NCBI GenBank assembly: GCA_904063045.1
Contig: CAJFCJ010000027.1
Span: 248,001-312,000, forward strand
Reading direction: 5' to 3'
Length of the DNA: 64,000 nucleotides
From: Dimorphilus gyrociliatus
Lineage: Eukaryota > Animalia > Annelida
In this document: positions 11,401-24,738 of the stretch, piece after piece
Numbering within the stretch: the first letter of the stretch is position 1
How the letters are laid out: each line of letters begins with the position of its first letter
The notes under the pieces: generated by a model
What the model was told of the DNA's origin: nothing
Databases searched by the model: none
The model's input: the letters and a program-made list of their open reading frames with translations, nothing else
Made by a program: the position numbers and the translations under genes

Positions 11401-13487
11401 ATTTCCTGCTTTATAAAATCATGGGATTTTCTTTCGACCTCATCAATTCTTTTTTCCTTTCATCCTTCCTTTACCCTATTGTCATATAGCACCTCCTTCT
11501 ACTCTACCACCGCCAAATTCTATCTTGTATTACTTTTATTACTATCTTCCACTTTTTATCTTGTTCGTAATTTTTTCGTGTTCCTTCTTCTCCGTCTCCT
11601 CCACCAATAACGTGATTGCATCTATACGAATATATTATGTATTTTACAGCTGAAAATTCTTATATAAATACAATATATAATGACTAACTATATAAATATG
11701 TAAATAAAGTTTCTTCTATAGAATATTCACAGAAAATATGGATGTATTAGAAAACACAATAATATAGATTTATGCAGACGATACACAGTATATATACAGT
11801 ATATATATGTATATAAAAGGTATATATTCTGCAAATACGGTTGTTATTTATTGTTGTTGTTGGCTTTTGAATCTATTAATATCGTGTTGAAGATAATTAT
11901 TGTTTTTCGGCTTTGGAATGCAAGTTTCATTTCACTGATTTACTATTTTAGTTCCATTTAAAGTAAATATTTTATAATAAACATATATATATATATATAA
12001 ATATACTGTATATATACTATATATATATAGATATATGTGTATATATATTGATATTATTATTTAAATAAATACATGATATTTATTCTTTTTATAATAGTTT
12101 CATATATAATTTCTAACATTTATTAATAATTAACAAATGTTTATTGGTTGGACAGTTTCTTCTTTCTTTTATTTCTTCTTGTTAAATTTTTATATTTATA
12201 GAAAATAAGATATTTCACAAAAATTGTTAATATCTTTCACTTTTCATCCTCTATTACCCGCTTTTCCATTCTCTCTCTCTCTCTCTCTCTCTTTGCCTCT
12301 CTTTCTTCTACCCTCTCTCCCTCTCCTCTCTCTCTATCTCATTTTTTTACTTTCAATAAATTTTAGTTGGTTGCTATATTAAGTTTATTTTGACAACTTT
12401 TATCCCTTTACCACCGAATTTTTTCTCCTACTTATAGTATCTGAAATACTGTATATTAATATATATTAGTATATAAAAATATAGATGTATATTACAATTG
12501 ATATATCCTATATATTGTTATGTGTACTAATATTTTTCACCCATGTTAATTCCCTGTCTTCCGTTTAATAAACTGTACCTACAGAATCTACTTTTAAAAG
12601 GTAAATGAACTCTTAAAAATGTGATCCAATGAGAAAATTATTACCAAGACTTTTCATCAACAATAAAGTAAATAGAAAATTAATTAATTGATAACTTTAT
12701 AAAGATTAATGAATGAAAATTGCAGAGGAAGCATGATAAAGAATGAATTAATCAAGTTGAAGTTGAAGTTATTCTACAGATATTTTGTTTTCTAATTTTA
12801 GAATGAAGTATATTTTTTATTAACACTTTCCTTCTTTTTCTTCTCTCCTTTCTTTCTTAGTCGGCTGCTTTTCTCTTTAACTTGTCATGCGCCATGAAAC
12901 ACTAGCCTTATGACATTGAAAGTGTAAATAAATCTCTTTTTCTACCCAAAATTAATAAAGTATTATGACGATTTAATCCGTTTTAATCTAAACTCCTACC
13001 GGCTAACGCTATAATAATTAGGAAAAAACAATAAATAATTAAGTAGAGTAGGTCAATCAAGAGACGCCACTCGCTTCAGACGCTTCAGAGGCGTCACATG
13101 TTGTACAAACATGCGACGATCGGCACAGCATGAGCGTCTAAAGGATTTCATTATAATTTTTTTTTTACTCGACGTTTTATCTGCAATTAATTATGAAATG
13201 TACAAGGTAAAGTAAACGTTTAATTTTCAGATAACTATACTAATATAGGAAAGAAAAGAAGAAGGGGTAGATGAGTAGGAAAACGACTAGTAGTAGTAGT
13301 CATAGTAGTAGTAGTAGTAGTACGAGTATCAGAAATATTAGGAGGTTATCTAACATATTAGTATATATATATATATATTTCCTGGAAGTTGTGTCCCAAA
13401 TAGATTCATGCTAAAAAGAGAAACTGTAATATGATTTAGATTATTTACTAAACAGTTCATTATTCTATGTGTATTTGATACAAGAAT

Positions 13488-13490
<3 letters not shown>

Positions 13491-13524
<34 letters not shown>
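13491..13524. repeat. (TA)n microsatellite (representative of many)
   Basis: Uninterrupted TA run read directly. Similar (TA)n, (AG)n/(CT)n and (CTAT)n tracts occur throughout the window. Confidence 0.95.
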
Positions 13525-13531
<7 letters not shown>

Positions 13532-16500
13532 TGTTATATTTATTTATTTATTATAGATATGTATTGCTTAATTATCAAATTAAGAAAACAAAAATTAGAT
13601 TAATGTACTGGTAGTACGTGTTTATCTCTTTGTATTTTGTTACTTGGAATATATGCAGAATATATACAGTAGATATATATATATATATCACCGAAAAATA
13701 TCAATTTATATGTATAAATATTTGTAAACAAGCCAAAGTACAAATATCCATATTTATATCTTTATATAAACAACAGAGTTGTGTCATAGTGTAAATACAC
13801 TAGAGTGGAGATTTACTAATCTGCGTTAAAACTAAGTGAAAGAAAGTTAGAAAGGAAGAAAGAGAGAGAAAAAAAACAGACAGGCTGAGGGAGGGAGAGA
13901 GGGAGAGAGAGGGGGGAGGGGGAGGGGAAACCGGTAATAAGATTATTGCCTTAGTAATAAGTATAAATTTGTAAGAATATCTAAGTGAGTATTCGAGTGT
14001 AATTTTATCAATGAAATGATAAGGTGTATTCAAGAAAAAATTAATAGTTTCTTGCTTAGAAAAGCTTCTAAATACAAAAGAAATGATGTAATAAAGCTAC
14101 CGTATTTAAGAGATGTATATATATATATATATATTTAAATATTTTGCTTTAGATATTTACTGTATATTGATAATAGAAGAGTTATAAATTTAATGTGAGT
14201 ATCCGGTTAGATATTATTGGATCTTGTTGCTATTAGTTTAGTTAAAAGCTTTTGCATTTGTTTTACTCTCTTCGAATTATGCAATTGTATTAGGACGTCT
14301 TTGGGGGCGAGAGTGCTCGAGTTGGCTAATTTTAGGGCTTGTCAATCCAGCTTGAATCTCATATGACTTTATCAAATAAAGCTAGAGACGATTTTTGCAT
14401 GAAAATGATTTGGATATTGGTATTTGGTGAATCATGCAGAAAATTTTGTAATAAAACCGTCAAATAAGTAAAATTCCTTCTTGAAAAATACCTTTAATTT
14501 GTCGTTGATAATAGTTTATGACTTTTCCTTATGGAGTTTTGTATCGTTTGAAAATTAGATTTAGAACGGGAAATCAATATCAAAATCGAAATTTCCAAAT
14601 TCTTTACTTTCTATAAGATCATTTTATGGGATAAGAGAACGTGACGCCGATGTAAAGAATTGTTTGCCAGAATACTGGCTCTGTAATGGGAGTTTAGGCG
14701 TTTATGGGAATTTTTATTGGCCAAGGGGATTTTTGACCGGGTAGAGTAAAAAGTAACGCTCTTTTTTCTTTTTAGTTTTACAAATGCTCGTTAAATTTTC
14801 ATTGATGTTTAATAAAAACATTATAAATGAAATGAATATACAGTATAAAGAAACACTTTCGCTCCCCCTCTCCCCCGTCCCTCCATCCCTCCCTCTCTCT
14901 CATATTTTTTAACAAATATTAGCATACGAAATGATTATTTAACATTCAATTTTCACTTATTTTTTAGTAAACAAGTAAAATATTAAAATTTATGTAAATA
15001 ATATTACAATAAAAGCTCATCAAATTTCATTTGTCTAGCAAATACAGTAGGAAAAAAGCCATTAATTAATAAATATTTTTAAATTAAGACATAAAAGATC
15101 TATAGATAGAAAAGATATACTGTAATGCATTCACTATACGTAAATATATAAAAGAGGAATATTTGTGTAAATGGATTAAAGGGGGAAAGAGAGAAAGAAA
15201 GAAAAAGATGGAGGAGAAAGGAGAGATGGATGTATAGATGGACAGATGAAATGAATAAATGAATAAATACTCTACGAGAGGTTGAAAACGTAGCCAAACA
15301 AACAAATATATAAACATTAATTATAACAAAGACATATCTTGCTTTTAATAAAGAGAATAAAAATAGAAAAGCATCGCCAGTCCAGTGTTAAGCAAAGCTG
15401 ATTGACAGAGCAAAATAGTATTACCTTAAGAGGATAAAATATATACAAAATCATTATTAACTCGTTTATTTGTTTATATATTTAGATATAGATATGTAAA
15501 TAAGTTTATACACTGCGTACAGTCTCTCTGCGGTTTAGGCTGTGTATTCTATATTATGCTAGGTGAAATAAAACTGTTGCATAAATAGATTATTCATTGT
15601 TCTTTATTTAAATTAAAGGTAGATAAGCAAATTTATTAGGGCCATTTACTTAAAACATTCAATAGTTTTGAATTTCAATAGCAGTTTAATAATTAATAAA
15701 TTGAAAAAAAAACTCTCTTCTTTCTTTCATTTTCTATGTGAAAATTCTCTCTCTTTTTTGAATAATATATTTGAAATTGATTATAGAGATAGACACTGGT
15801 CTACGTATATGCGCTTATATGTGTTAAGTATATAAATAGGGTAATATTTAGTATAGACAATCAAAGCTGCATAATTCATTAACCTTTGTTAATTAGAATG
15901 AGATGAGAATTGAAGTGTCATAAATCTTTACCTTTAGATCTACTAATCAATTGTTGAGTATGGAAGGCGTTCGCAATCGATAAAGTCCAGTCTTTGACAG
16001 AAGAAAGAAAAAGTACTTTACTACTCTGTATTCATTTTCGTTAGAACATAAAGACGTATTTGAAAATATGTCGTATATAGCGTATTTATGCAATTATCTA
16101 TAGAATTGTCTATCCAACAGCGGGATAAAACCATCTATAGTACGCTCAACTTGCGAAAACTTTTTATTAGAATAATACTAGAATACGTTCAGTAGACCAA
16201 AGCATGAATAAACAACCGAAAAAAGCTAAACTGTGTTTATAATGGTCTTTTATGGAAACGTCCACAGAAATCGAAAGGTTTATGATTCTAGCTTAATCTC
16301 ATATTTCAACAGATTCGTCTCTATTATTCTCAAGTAACGTTGTTTAATTGCCTATTAAAGTAACGTTTATACTCGACCAAATTCCATAATAAACCGGAGA
16401 CGAGATCAATATTGTTTTTGTTCCATAATTTAGTATGGAAAAGAGTGGAAAAATGCAAAATAATATCACTGTTCCGCTAAGCTATATGGCAAATCATTTC

Positions 16501-17307
16501 TATTTAATTATTACTTGTTTTTTTTTAAATATGTAGCGTACAGAGTAGTATATGATGTTTATATAACTACGCAGTTACAATATAATCTACTTATTACTAT
16601 ATTCATATCTTTATATTAAAATTACCATTATTTTTTTTTTACCTCTTTTCTCTTTTTGCAAAACTGTGAACAAATGTATGCAATAAAGTAATAAACCTTT
16701 TTAATTATTCAATTAATTAATTAGCCAATCAGTTTATTAATTAATTAGTTAATTAGTTAACTGAAATAAAAAGTGAGTTGGTTAGAACAGAGAGAATTTT
16801 GAATGCATCATAGGTTTTGTTTGAGAGGTGTGCATGTGCGCATATATATATATATATATATAAATTTATATATATACTGTATATACATATATGTGAGTGT
16901 GTGTGAAAGAGAGGACGCGAAAGTGAGAGAGAGACAGAGAGACGGGGGGCGAGGGGAGAGAGTAGAGTAGAGTAGAGAAGATTTTGCATAAAATTTCTAT
17001 TCAACGAACTGCACGGAAATGAGATGGCGTTTTTTAAAAAGTATACGTTAAATATTTAGAGTAAATGTAGAAAAAAAGCATCCGAAAACAAATTGGTCGG
17101 GGTGAAAAATTCTCCATTCGTCTATTCCCAATTCCTTAAGGGTTTTATACCTTTTCATAATGTAAGCATAAGATTTTCTTTTCACTATTTTACTATTCTA
17201 CTATTCACACACCAATAAACAAACACACATAAACACAAACATTCGCATTCATACACATGACTACTTATAAGCATGTATATAGAATATGTGTCTGGCTGCA
17301 TCCATAT

Positions 17308-17338
<31 letters not shown>

Positions 17339-17636
17339 CATTCACATATTCACACATATTCTTACGCATACACGCTTACAAAAAAAAGCCTTTTTTTTAC
17401 GTACTGCACTGTAATTTATAGACTATATACGTATACTAAATATTCTATAAGGTATTGTCTATTCCATTGTTAGACTAATATATCGATTAGTTCATTATGG
17501 AGCTATGAATCCTTTAAATTCCTGCTATTTAGAGGAAAAGGTGGCTAATTTAGCACTCTGTTTTTATTTCATTTATTCTTTATTGTTTTAAGTGGTCGAA
17601 TAAAACTTTCAAGCAAGTCTTTCTAGTCATGTTTTC

Positions 17637-19753
17637 ATGTTTTTGTTATATCTTTTTGTGTTGATATTAATAAAAAAGATAAAAGGGAAAAATAGATTAA
17701 TTAGACTTGATTCAATTAAGTTTTTTAACAAGTTAAAGTTTATATTAAAAGGTAAGACATAAGAGATAAATAGGTTGTGGTATATATAATAGTATATATA
17801 GAAACCTTCGTCAATAATGAAAATTCCATATACAAATATTGAATAAAATCATTAATATTTCATCTTTTTACTGAACTTTACAAGTGCAGCATCGTATAAC
17901 TTTTTCATAAACTCAATTAATTTCTAATCGAATAGTTTTTACAAAGAGTCACATTATTTTCCAATAAGACTATCAGTCAATTAGGAAAAAGTTGATTTAT
18001 AGTATATATAATCAAATATTATAGATTCTACGTATACTACAGATATATATATATATATATTTACAAAAAAACACTGTGGAAACAACTGTCATTTCTTTAG
18101 AAACAATAATAAAAGTAGTGATGAATCATTTTATAGTAAACTCAACCAAAGTATTAGTATATTATACATACTGTAATACTAATAGATATATAGTATATAC
18201 AATATTCACTGTTTATCATCTATATACAGTATGGTAGTAGTCTCTTTTAATACTTCTATTGGGCGTTTTACATCATAACTTTTTCATGCTTATCGATTTT
18301 AATAATACTATATTAAACATTTTCTTTTTATTTCCTCCCTCCATCTATCTATCTATCTATCTATCTACGTATCTAGAAAACCGACCAGCCAGTCAGTCAG
18401 TCAGATATTTATCAATCTATTTATCTCGTTTTGCAGCACAATCGAATGCTTAGATCTTGGCAAATTCCGGCAATTAAAAGCTATAAGAGAAGGTTTCACA
18501 ATTGTTCCCATGGAAAGAAAGCTTCTATAACTGTTGTTTATTACTCGAATGAAGATGTCAACGTTAGATGGTTGGTGTTAGATCATCATAGAAGATTATT
18601 ATCTGACGAAGATACAGCAATGCTGCCAATTTCAAAATGTTTGTAATTTTGAAAAGCCTATTTAAACATTAATAGAATTTTAGTTTTGCAGTATAAAATA
18701 TACGATATACTGCAATATTCAAATATATTTATATATCAAATTATATATTACATAAATTGCATTATTAAATATTGAACAGTTGCAAGTTTTTACTTGAGCT
18801 ATTTTCCTTCAGATCATGCAAACTATAAAGTTGTAAATCTAAAAGCTGGTAATGTGGTTGCTACAACTTTACATATACAAAGGCTAAGAATGGTTCATAA
18901 AATAGCTAGGTTTGATGTTATCATCACCGGAAGAAGCACTCAATATCAAATTGTTAATAGGATTACAAAAAATTCAGCTTTCAAAATTGAAAATATAAAT
19001 TGCGGAGAATGGATAACAACTCCTCCAGCCCTAAGAAGTTTACGACCAAAAACTGCCGTACTCTTTCATTTCAAAGCTTTTTTCCCCCATGAAAGGGGAG
19101 AAGATAGAAACGAAATGATTCTACTCCGAGCAAAATCGAGAAGAATCCTCCTACCTTTCGTCAAATTTGATTCTATATTAAGAATACAAAGGCATAACAC
19201 TAAAATTGCTGAACAGCACGGCAATGTGATTGCCTCGGGAGAACGAGTGGTGGGCTCTGGTGGGCAAGTTACCTATGATCTAAAATTAACAATTCCTAAC
19301 GTTACCCTAGAACACTCCGGAACGTATTTGTGCTGTATTAAGAGAGAATTTGATAAACTCTTTATCCTATCCGACGTTGCCATATATCCGCAGAAATCGC
19401 CTCTTCCCGAGAAGCCATATGTAAAGTTAATACCTTGCCATTCATCACATTATAATGAAGATAAAAAATTATTAACTCTATACGAAAATAGAACAACTTG
19501 TATAATATGCAGAGCGATAGGTTATCCATTACCTCTCGTTCATCTTATTGAGACTTTCAGCGGTAAAGCATTTAGCGATTATCACTCTGAAGAGTTTGTT
19601 AATATTGCCGCTGCTGGTGTCAAAGAATCAGTTTATGCCATACATAAACCATTCAAAAAGAAAATGCACAAGAAGAATTTCGCATGCAGGGCTGTTCATC
19701 CTTCTAGAAAAAGCTTGGCTCATTCTCATAAATTTAGCGTGGTTTGGGTTTGA
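17637..19753 (+). CDS. Secreted immunoglobulin-domain protein, ~429 aa, 3 exons (17637-17751, 18405-18638, 18813-19753)
   Basis: Exon 1 gives a signal peptide MFLLYLFVLILIKKIKG and ends at a GTAAGA donor. Phases match across both introns (total 1290 nt). Ig hallmarks: LTIPNVTLEHSGTYLC, CIICRAIGYPLP, FACRA. No TM segment before the stop. Confidence 0.8.
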
Positions 19754-21061
19754 ATGAACACTTCTCTATCTGTCTTTATCTTTCTAAATAATCTTCTCTT
19801 CTATTGCAACAAAACAGAAAAAAAAGAACAAGTGGAATACAGCAAATTTATCAGGTTTTGTTTTAATTTCTTTCCGCCTCGGTGTTTTTAAAGAAGAAAT
19901 GAGAAACTTATTTTGTGTTTAATAGTTTTTCTTCCTCTCTTTCGAAAAACTTTTACAAGAGAACTTTAAGAATTTGATCGCTTCCGGTTCATTTCATGAT
20001 TTTGTACAATACGTTAGTAGACTTTACTTATCATCTGAAAAGAGCTGCATGAATAATAGAAGTAATCTAATTTAGACGCTTCGGTTTGATTTACTTCCTT
20101 CTGAAAGCTTTTCTATCTAAGACCATCGACTATCTGCATATTGTAACTGTTACTAGAATAAAATTTTCACAACAAACACACGCTAAATAACGTTTTCTTA
20201 ATAGGATAAACTGAGATCTATAGTATTCATACTATAATACATTAAATTACAATGAATATGTTATGTGTAATGTTGTTGTTTTTCTTACATAAAAAGTACT
20301 ATACGTTTCACCATGCACGACGTAATAGGATCTTTCGTACTGTATTATGAAAGGAGGGTAAGAAAATATGAAAAAAAAACGCTATGGTAAAAAGAAAACT
20401 ATTAGAAAGAAAGAGATGGCGTTTTGGAGAGAGAATAATATAGGAATAAAGGTGGAATATGAGAGCAAAAGAAGAAAGAAAGGTTTTTATCAATTGTGAC
20501 TATCTCTCTCTTCTTAATACGAAGTTAAATGATTTTCTATTTATTAAATCGTTCTGTGCTAACAAAGGCAGCAGATTAATTTGTTAGCCTTGAGCATTGC
20601 CTTTCTACTTTGGGCGAAATCCTAACATATATTCTTCGTCTGGTTGCCGTGTTCTTAGTTCTTTACTCCATCGGAAAACGAAATCCCCTTTCTTTTTTTC
20701 TCTACAGTTGACCTAATAACTAAAGTCTCACTTCATTTCGAATTACTACCAATTTTGTATTCTTTCTTTTCTTTACATAAAAAATACTTTAATCAGGAGA
20801 ATTAATTGTTTAATTCAATTCTTTAATTAGTCACCAAATTACATTAATTCTTTCTTTATCGACTTGTCTTCTTTTCGTCAAGTGGTCACTGCTTTCTCTT
20901 TTATCTTTAAACGTTTAAGTAGGTAAATCTTGGTATTGGATACAGAACTGTAGACACTTATTCTAGATTATTATATTAATCATACGTTCATATTATGAAG
21001 CCATGATAAATTAGTATAAACTTTTTCCTATTATAACTTATTCTTATTTGAAATACGGGAG

Positions 21062-21100
21062 CCGCCAGATGGAGTTAAAACGCTGATCGCCATCTATCAG
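21062..21100. promoter_or_regulatory. Inverted pair of CTCF-like motifs
   Basis: CCGCCAGATGGAG (21062-21074, +) and TCGCCATCTATCAG (21087-21100, reverse). Confidence 0.5.
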
Positions 21101-22783
21101 ATAAAATAAAAGAAAAGATATAGAGGTACCTATACTGTACATATTATGTAAAGAAATTTGAATTAGAATCAGAGATATTATTAATAAAATCTTAAAACAC
21201 AGGAACAAATAGATTAAGACAAAAAAGATTTAGAGCAACAACTGGTAATAGTATGGTGTAGTAAGATGAGAAGAAAGGTGCTGAGGTGCAGGAGGATGAA
21301 GATGGAAATTAACAAGTGTAAAGGTGAATTTGAGAAGTGAGTCTATTAGATTGTCGAATATTTGGTACATTTTATATAATGTATTTTATTAAATGTTGGA
21401 CATACCGCATATATTAAAATTTATACAAGACACCCAATTGTTGGACAAGATAGTGTGACTAAAAGTTAAAAAAATCAATCATAATTACTCCAAATAGTTA
21501 TATACCTTTCGGTTCTACTCTTAAAGGCGTATAATTATGAATAATTTAAAAAAATTGATATCGCCGAGAAGTTTAGAAGAAGGAAAATATAGATGAAGTA
21601 TATAGCTTTATAGCGATATAGCTGTACTATATAGATGTAGGCCTTGAAAGTTTGTAGTAAATTTGATAAGAGTGATTTTCATGATAAAATATTATCATTT
21701 AGCGAAGTAAAATTTAAAAAAATGTCTTTACTACAGACTAGTCATCTTCTTATATTGAAAGAGGAGACTATTAAGTATTTCAACAGCACAGTTTTAATCG
21801 GGAAGACATGGCCTCCTCTCTGTAAAAGAAAAGAAAATCCTTTAATATATTTGAAAAGTAGAAAAGGATGAAAGAGCATCAAAGAATTCATAAATTTAAA
21901 GTATATTAAAGACATTTAGTACTAGCACACACTTTAAGCATGCATATATATATATATACATTGTATATGTATATACTATATCTAAATGCTCTATCCTAAT
22001 ATCTCATACAGAAAGGGAATAGAGAAATTTTACTATATTTACTCTATTCTTAGCGAAGGATTCTGTTTAATTAATTGAATTATATGGTTCATATGGAGGT
22101 TGCGTGATTAAATCATTTATAAGAGAAAAATAAATTAAAAAAAAGTCACGTGTGACACTTGTTTATAATGAAAGAGAGAAATAGAAATAGAATGATATAC
22201 TCTTCTTTTTTTGTTGTTTTACATGGAGTCGTTATATGTTTCAATTTTTCAATTATAATTTTAAAATGCTTTCTACATTAATGGAACTAAAAAGCATTTT
22301 TTAATCTCTTCTTTAGCTCTTTCTTTTGCTAGAATTCTTGCTAAGGATTTAGTTTTTCAATAGAAAACTCATTAATATTTATAAAAATACTATAATTCTA
22401 CCATTGAAATAAAGATGAATTGAACAAATAGAAATCTTTTTATATCAACAATTATTCAATAGTTTATAAGCCGGATTGAACGGTTTATCAATGCAACAAA
22501 TATCTAGTTAGAACTAATGGTAAATAATACAAGAAAGAAGAAAGCACACAATCAAATACAAGATGACAAACATGTTGAAAAATATCTTTTTTTATCGTTC
22601 ATATAGGTGTTCTACAAACACTTGAGATAATAAATATACTAAGATATATTCAAGAAGAGACAGTAAAATTCCCATAAGAGATTAACATAAAGGAAGTAAT
22701 GTAGCAAAAAGCTAGAATTAACTGATTCAATCTGGGAAATGAGAGTGTCATCGAATGAAGAGATTGTAGAGGAAGAATTAGAG

Positions 22784-22866
22784 TGACGTCATATGTTTTA
22801 CCTGCCTACACAGTTAAATGTAAATGGGGTCGAACACGTGCGCTTGTTTAACACCAATTGGTAAGT
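22784..22866 (+). promoter_or_regulatory. CRE + E-box next to a strong splice donor (probable 5' exon of an unresolved gene)
   Basis: TGACGTCA 22784-22791, CACGTG 22835-22840, donor G|GTAAGT at 22860/22861. Confidence 0.35.
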
Positions 22867-24549
22867 TTTTTATATAAAGTTTCTAGTTAATTTTCTGTCA
22901 ATTTAACGATTATAGTATATTTCTGTTCTTTAGTATTTATAGCGTAAAGTTTGTAATAGTTTATCATAGATCAGCGAAAAGTGACTTTTTTTTCTCTCTC
23001 TCTCTTTGACAAAGATTGAGTGAAAAATTGTGTTGAAAGAGTCAAAATTACTAGGTATGTTTCAAATTTAGAGGCATAGTTTGTCACTAATTTTTTTATG
23101 GCATTTGGATGATTTAGAGACGCTTTTTTTTTTCTTTATACTTTCCCCTCTGGCCCTCCCATCTCTCCCCCTCTCTCTCACACTCTCTCTCTCTTTCCGT
23201 CTTTTTATATACTCATCTTCTGATAGTGCTCGTATATCGTTATAGCACAGGAAAATATTGCAAGAGTGTTGGCTTAAATCAAGATTTAGGTTACTAACCT
23301 TTAGTCTTTGTCACATTGTATAAAGCTAAGTATTTATATGCTGTATAATGTATACTGTTTGAGTCAACTTATAGGTAGATGTATAAACTAATGAAGATAT
23401 AAATAAATATTAATATATATACTGTATATATATACGCTTACAAATAAACTTAAACAATCAAAAAGATAGAAAATTTCCAACTGCAAAATTATACTTTGAA
23501 TAAACATCTTCCGCATTGCTAACAGATCCTCGAGTACAATTCGCTTCTTTGATCTTAATTATTTCCTTGCAATAGAATTTAGTCATTAAAGAAAAAAGAT
23601 CTTAATTAAAAATGATATTTAACTTTGGCATTTAGTCACTAAATTTTTAATTGGGATCTATTGTTTTAAATTACTTTTGAAGATTTCAAACGTTATTCAG
23701 TAAAATAATCACAAATATTCAATAGATTTACAAGCTACTTGTGCACATACATATACATATATTCATGATATCAATCTTTAATCCATATTCAAGGTTAATC
23801 CATAATCTTTTCTATTATATTGTAAGATAGCTGCAATATTCGCTACAGTATAAGAATGTCAAATAGTTGTCTTAAGAGAGATTTTATGGAAGATGTAAAA
23901 TAGCAATGATCTCTCTTAGGGTTCTCAATCTGCAAAAATATTTCATTCGAAAAGCATCCAATCCGAAATGATGGATCGGCATTGGTGAATGGGGGAAAAT
24001 AAAATAGGTAAATTATTAATAAAACCCTCTACCATTATGACAACGATTTCCCATTCATGTACTCTTTATTAGATAGATTAAATATCTATTTTATATTGAT
24101 AAACCAACTAATTTCTATGCAATAGACAATTAATTTAAGATCAAGAGAAGGAGATTTTCAGTAAGTGACTAAGCGATAAATTAAAGGTGAACGAATGATA
24201 GCCAATCAAATAATCATTGTACAACGCCAAATGAACAAACACCCTAGAGCTCTATCATTTTTCTAGTTTATTTCTCTTCCTTGTTTGTCAGTCTGCTGGT
24301 TGTTTCTATCTATTTCTTTAATTCTGTATAGGCTTGTAAAAATTTTTAAATTTTCAAAAGATATAATTACAAAATTCTTGCTGAAAAGGGATTTTTTATT
24401 GTTGAAAATATTGTAAACGTTAGTCTATTTTTGGGCTTAAAACAAAGAGACTAAAGGAATAACAATCAATTATAAAAAGCTTTATTTCTTTACGAAGATA
24501 GGGTAAAAGTTTTTATGAGGGGGGGAGGAGTATCGTATAAAATATTTAT

Positions 24550-24738
24550 ATGAATATACTATCCCTGTATACGGTAATCGTGATGTTTGTCATAGTCTGT
24601 CAGTTCTATTCGTCAATATATATGTACCAAATACGCGTTAATGTACACAATATTCGTTTGTCATCGCTCACGGACATCGAAAAAGATATATTGGCTAAGG
24701 TCGATAGCCGTTTGTCAATGTTGACAAACAATAAGTGA
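24550..24738 (+). CDS. Possible 62-aa secreted peptide or first coding exon
   Basis: ATG-initiated ORF with a hydrophobic N-terminus (MNILSLYTVIVMFVIVCQFYSS) in non-repetitive sequence. No homology recognised, and the antisense frame is also open. Confidence 0.25.
   Translation: MNILSLYTVIVMFVIVCQFYSSIYMYQIRVNVHNIRLSSLTDIEKDILAKVDSRLSMLTNNK

Noticed and set aside
11280-11620. Protein-like minus-strand frames (IDEVERKSHDFIKQEIDDDKFWFYGRL)
   Set aside because: Bounded by in-frame stops with no usable splice sites; unsupported.
15950-16480. Hydrophobic minus-strand frame (LSGTVILFCIFPLFSILNY...YYGIWSS), CD20/MS4A-like impression
   Set aside because: Adjacent segments are interrupted by stops and no coherent exon chain could be built.
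20552-20627. Short hairpin GCTAACAAA...TTTGTTAGC
   Set aside because: The stem is only 9 bp and matches no miRNA I recognise; compatible with chance.
21266-21871. Possible gene joining an ATG exon (21266-21336, GTGAGT donor) to ORF 21644..21871
   Set aside because: Several incompatible splice models, no recognisable domain.
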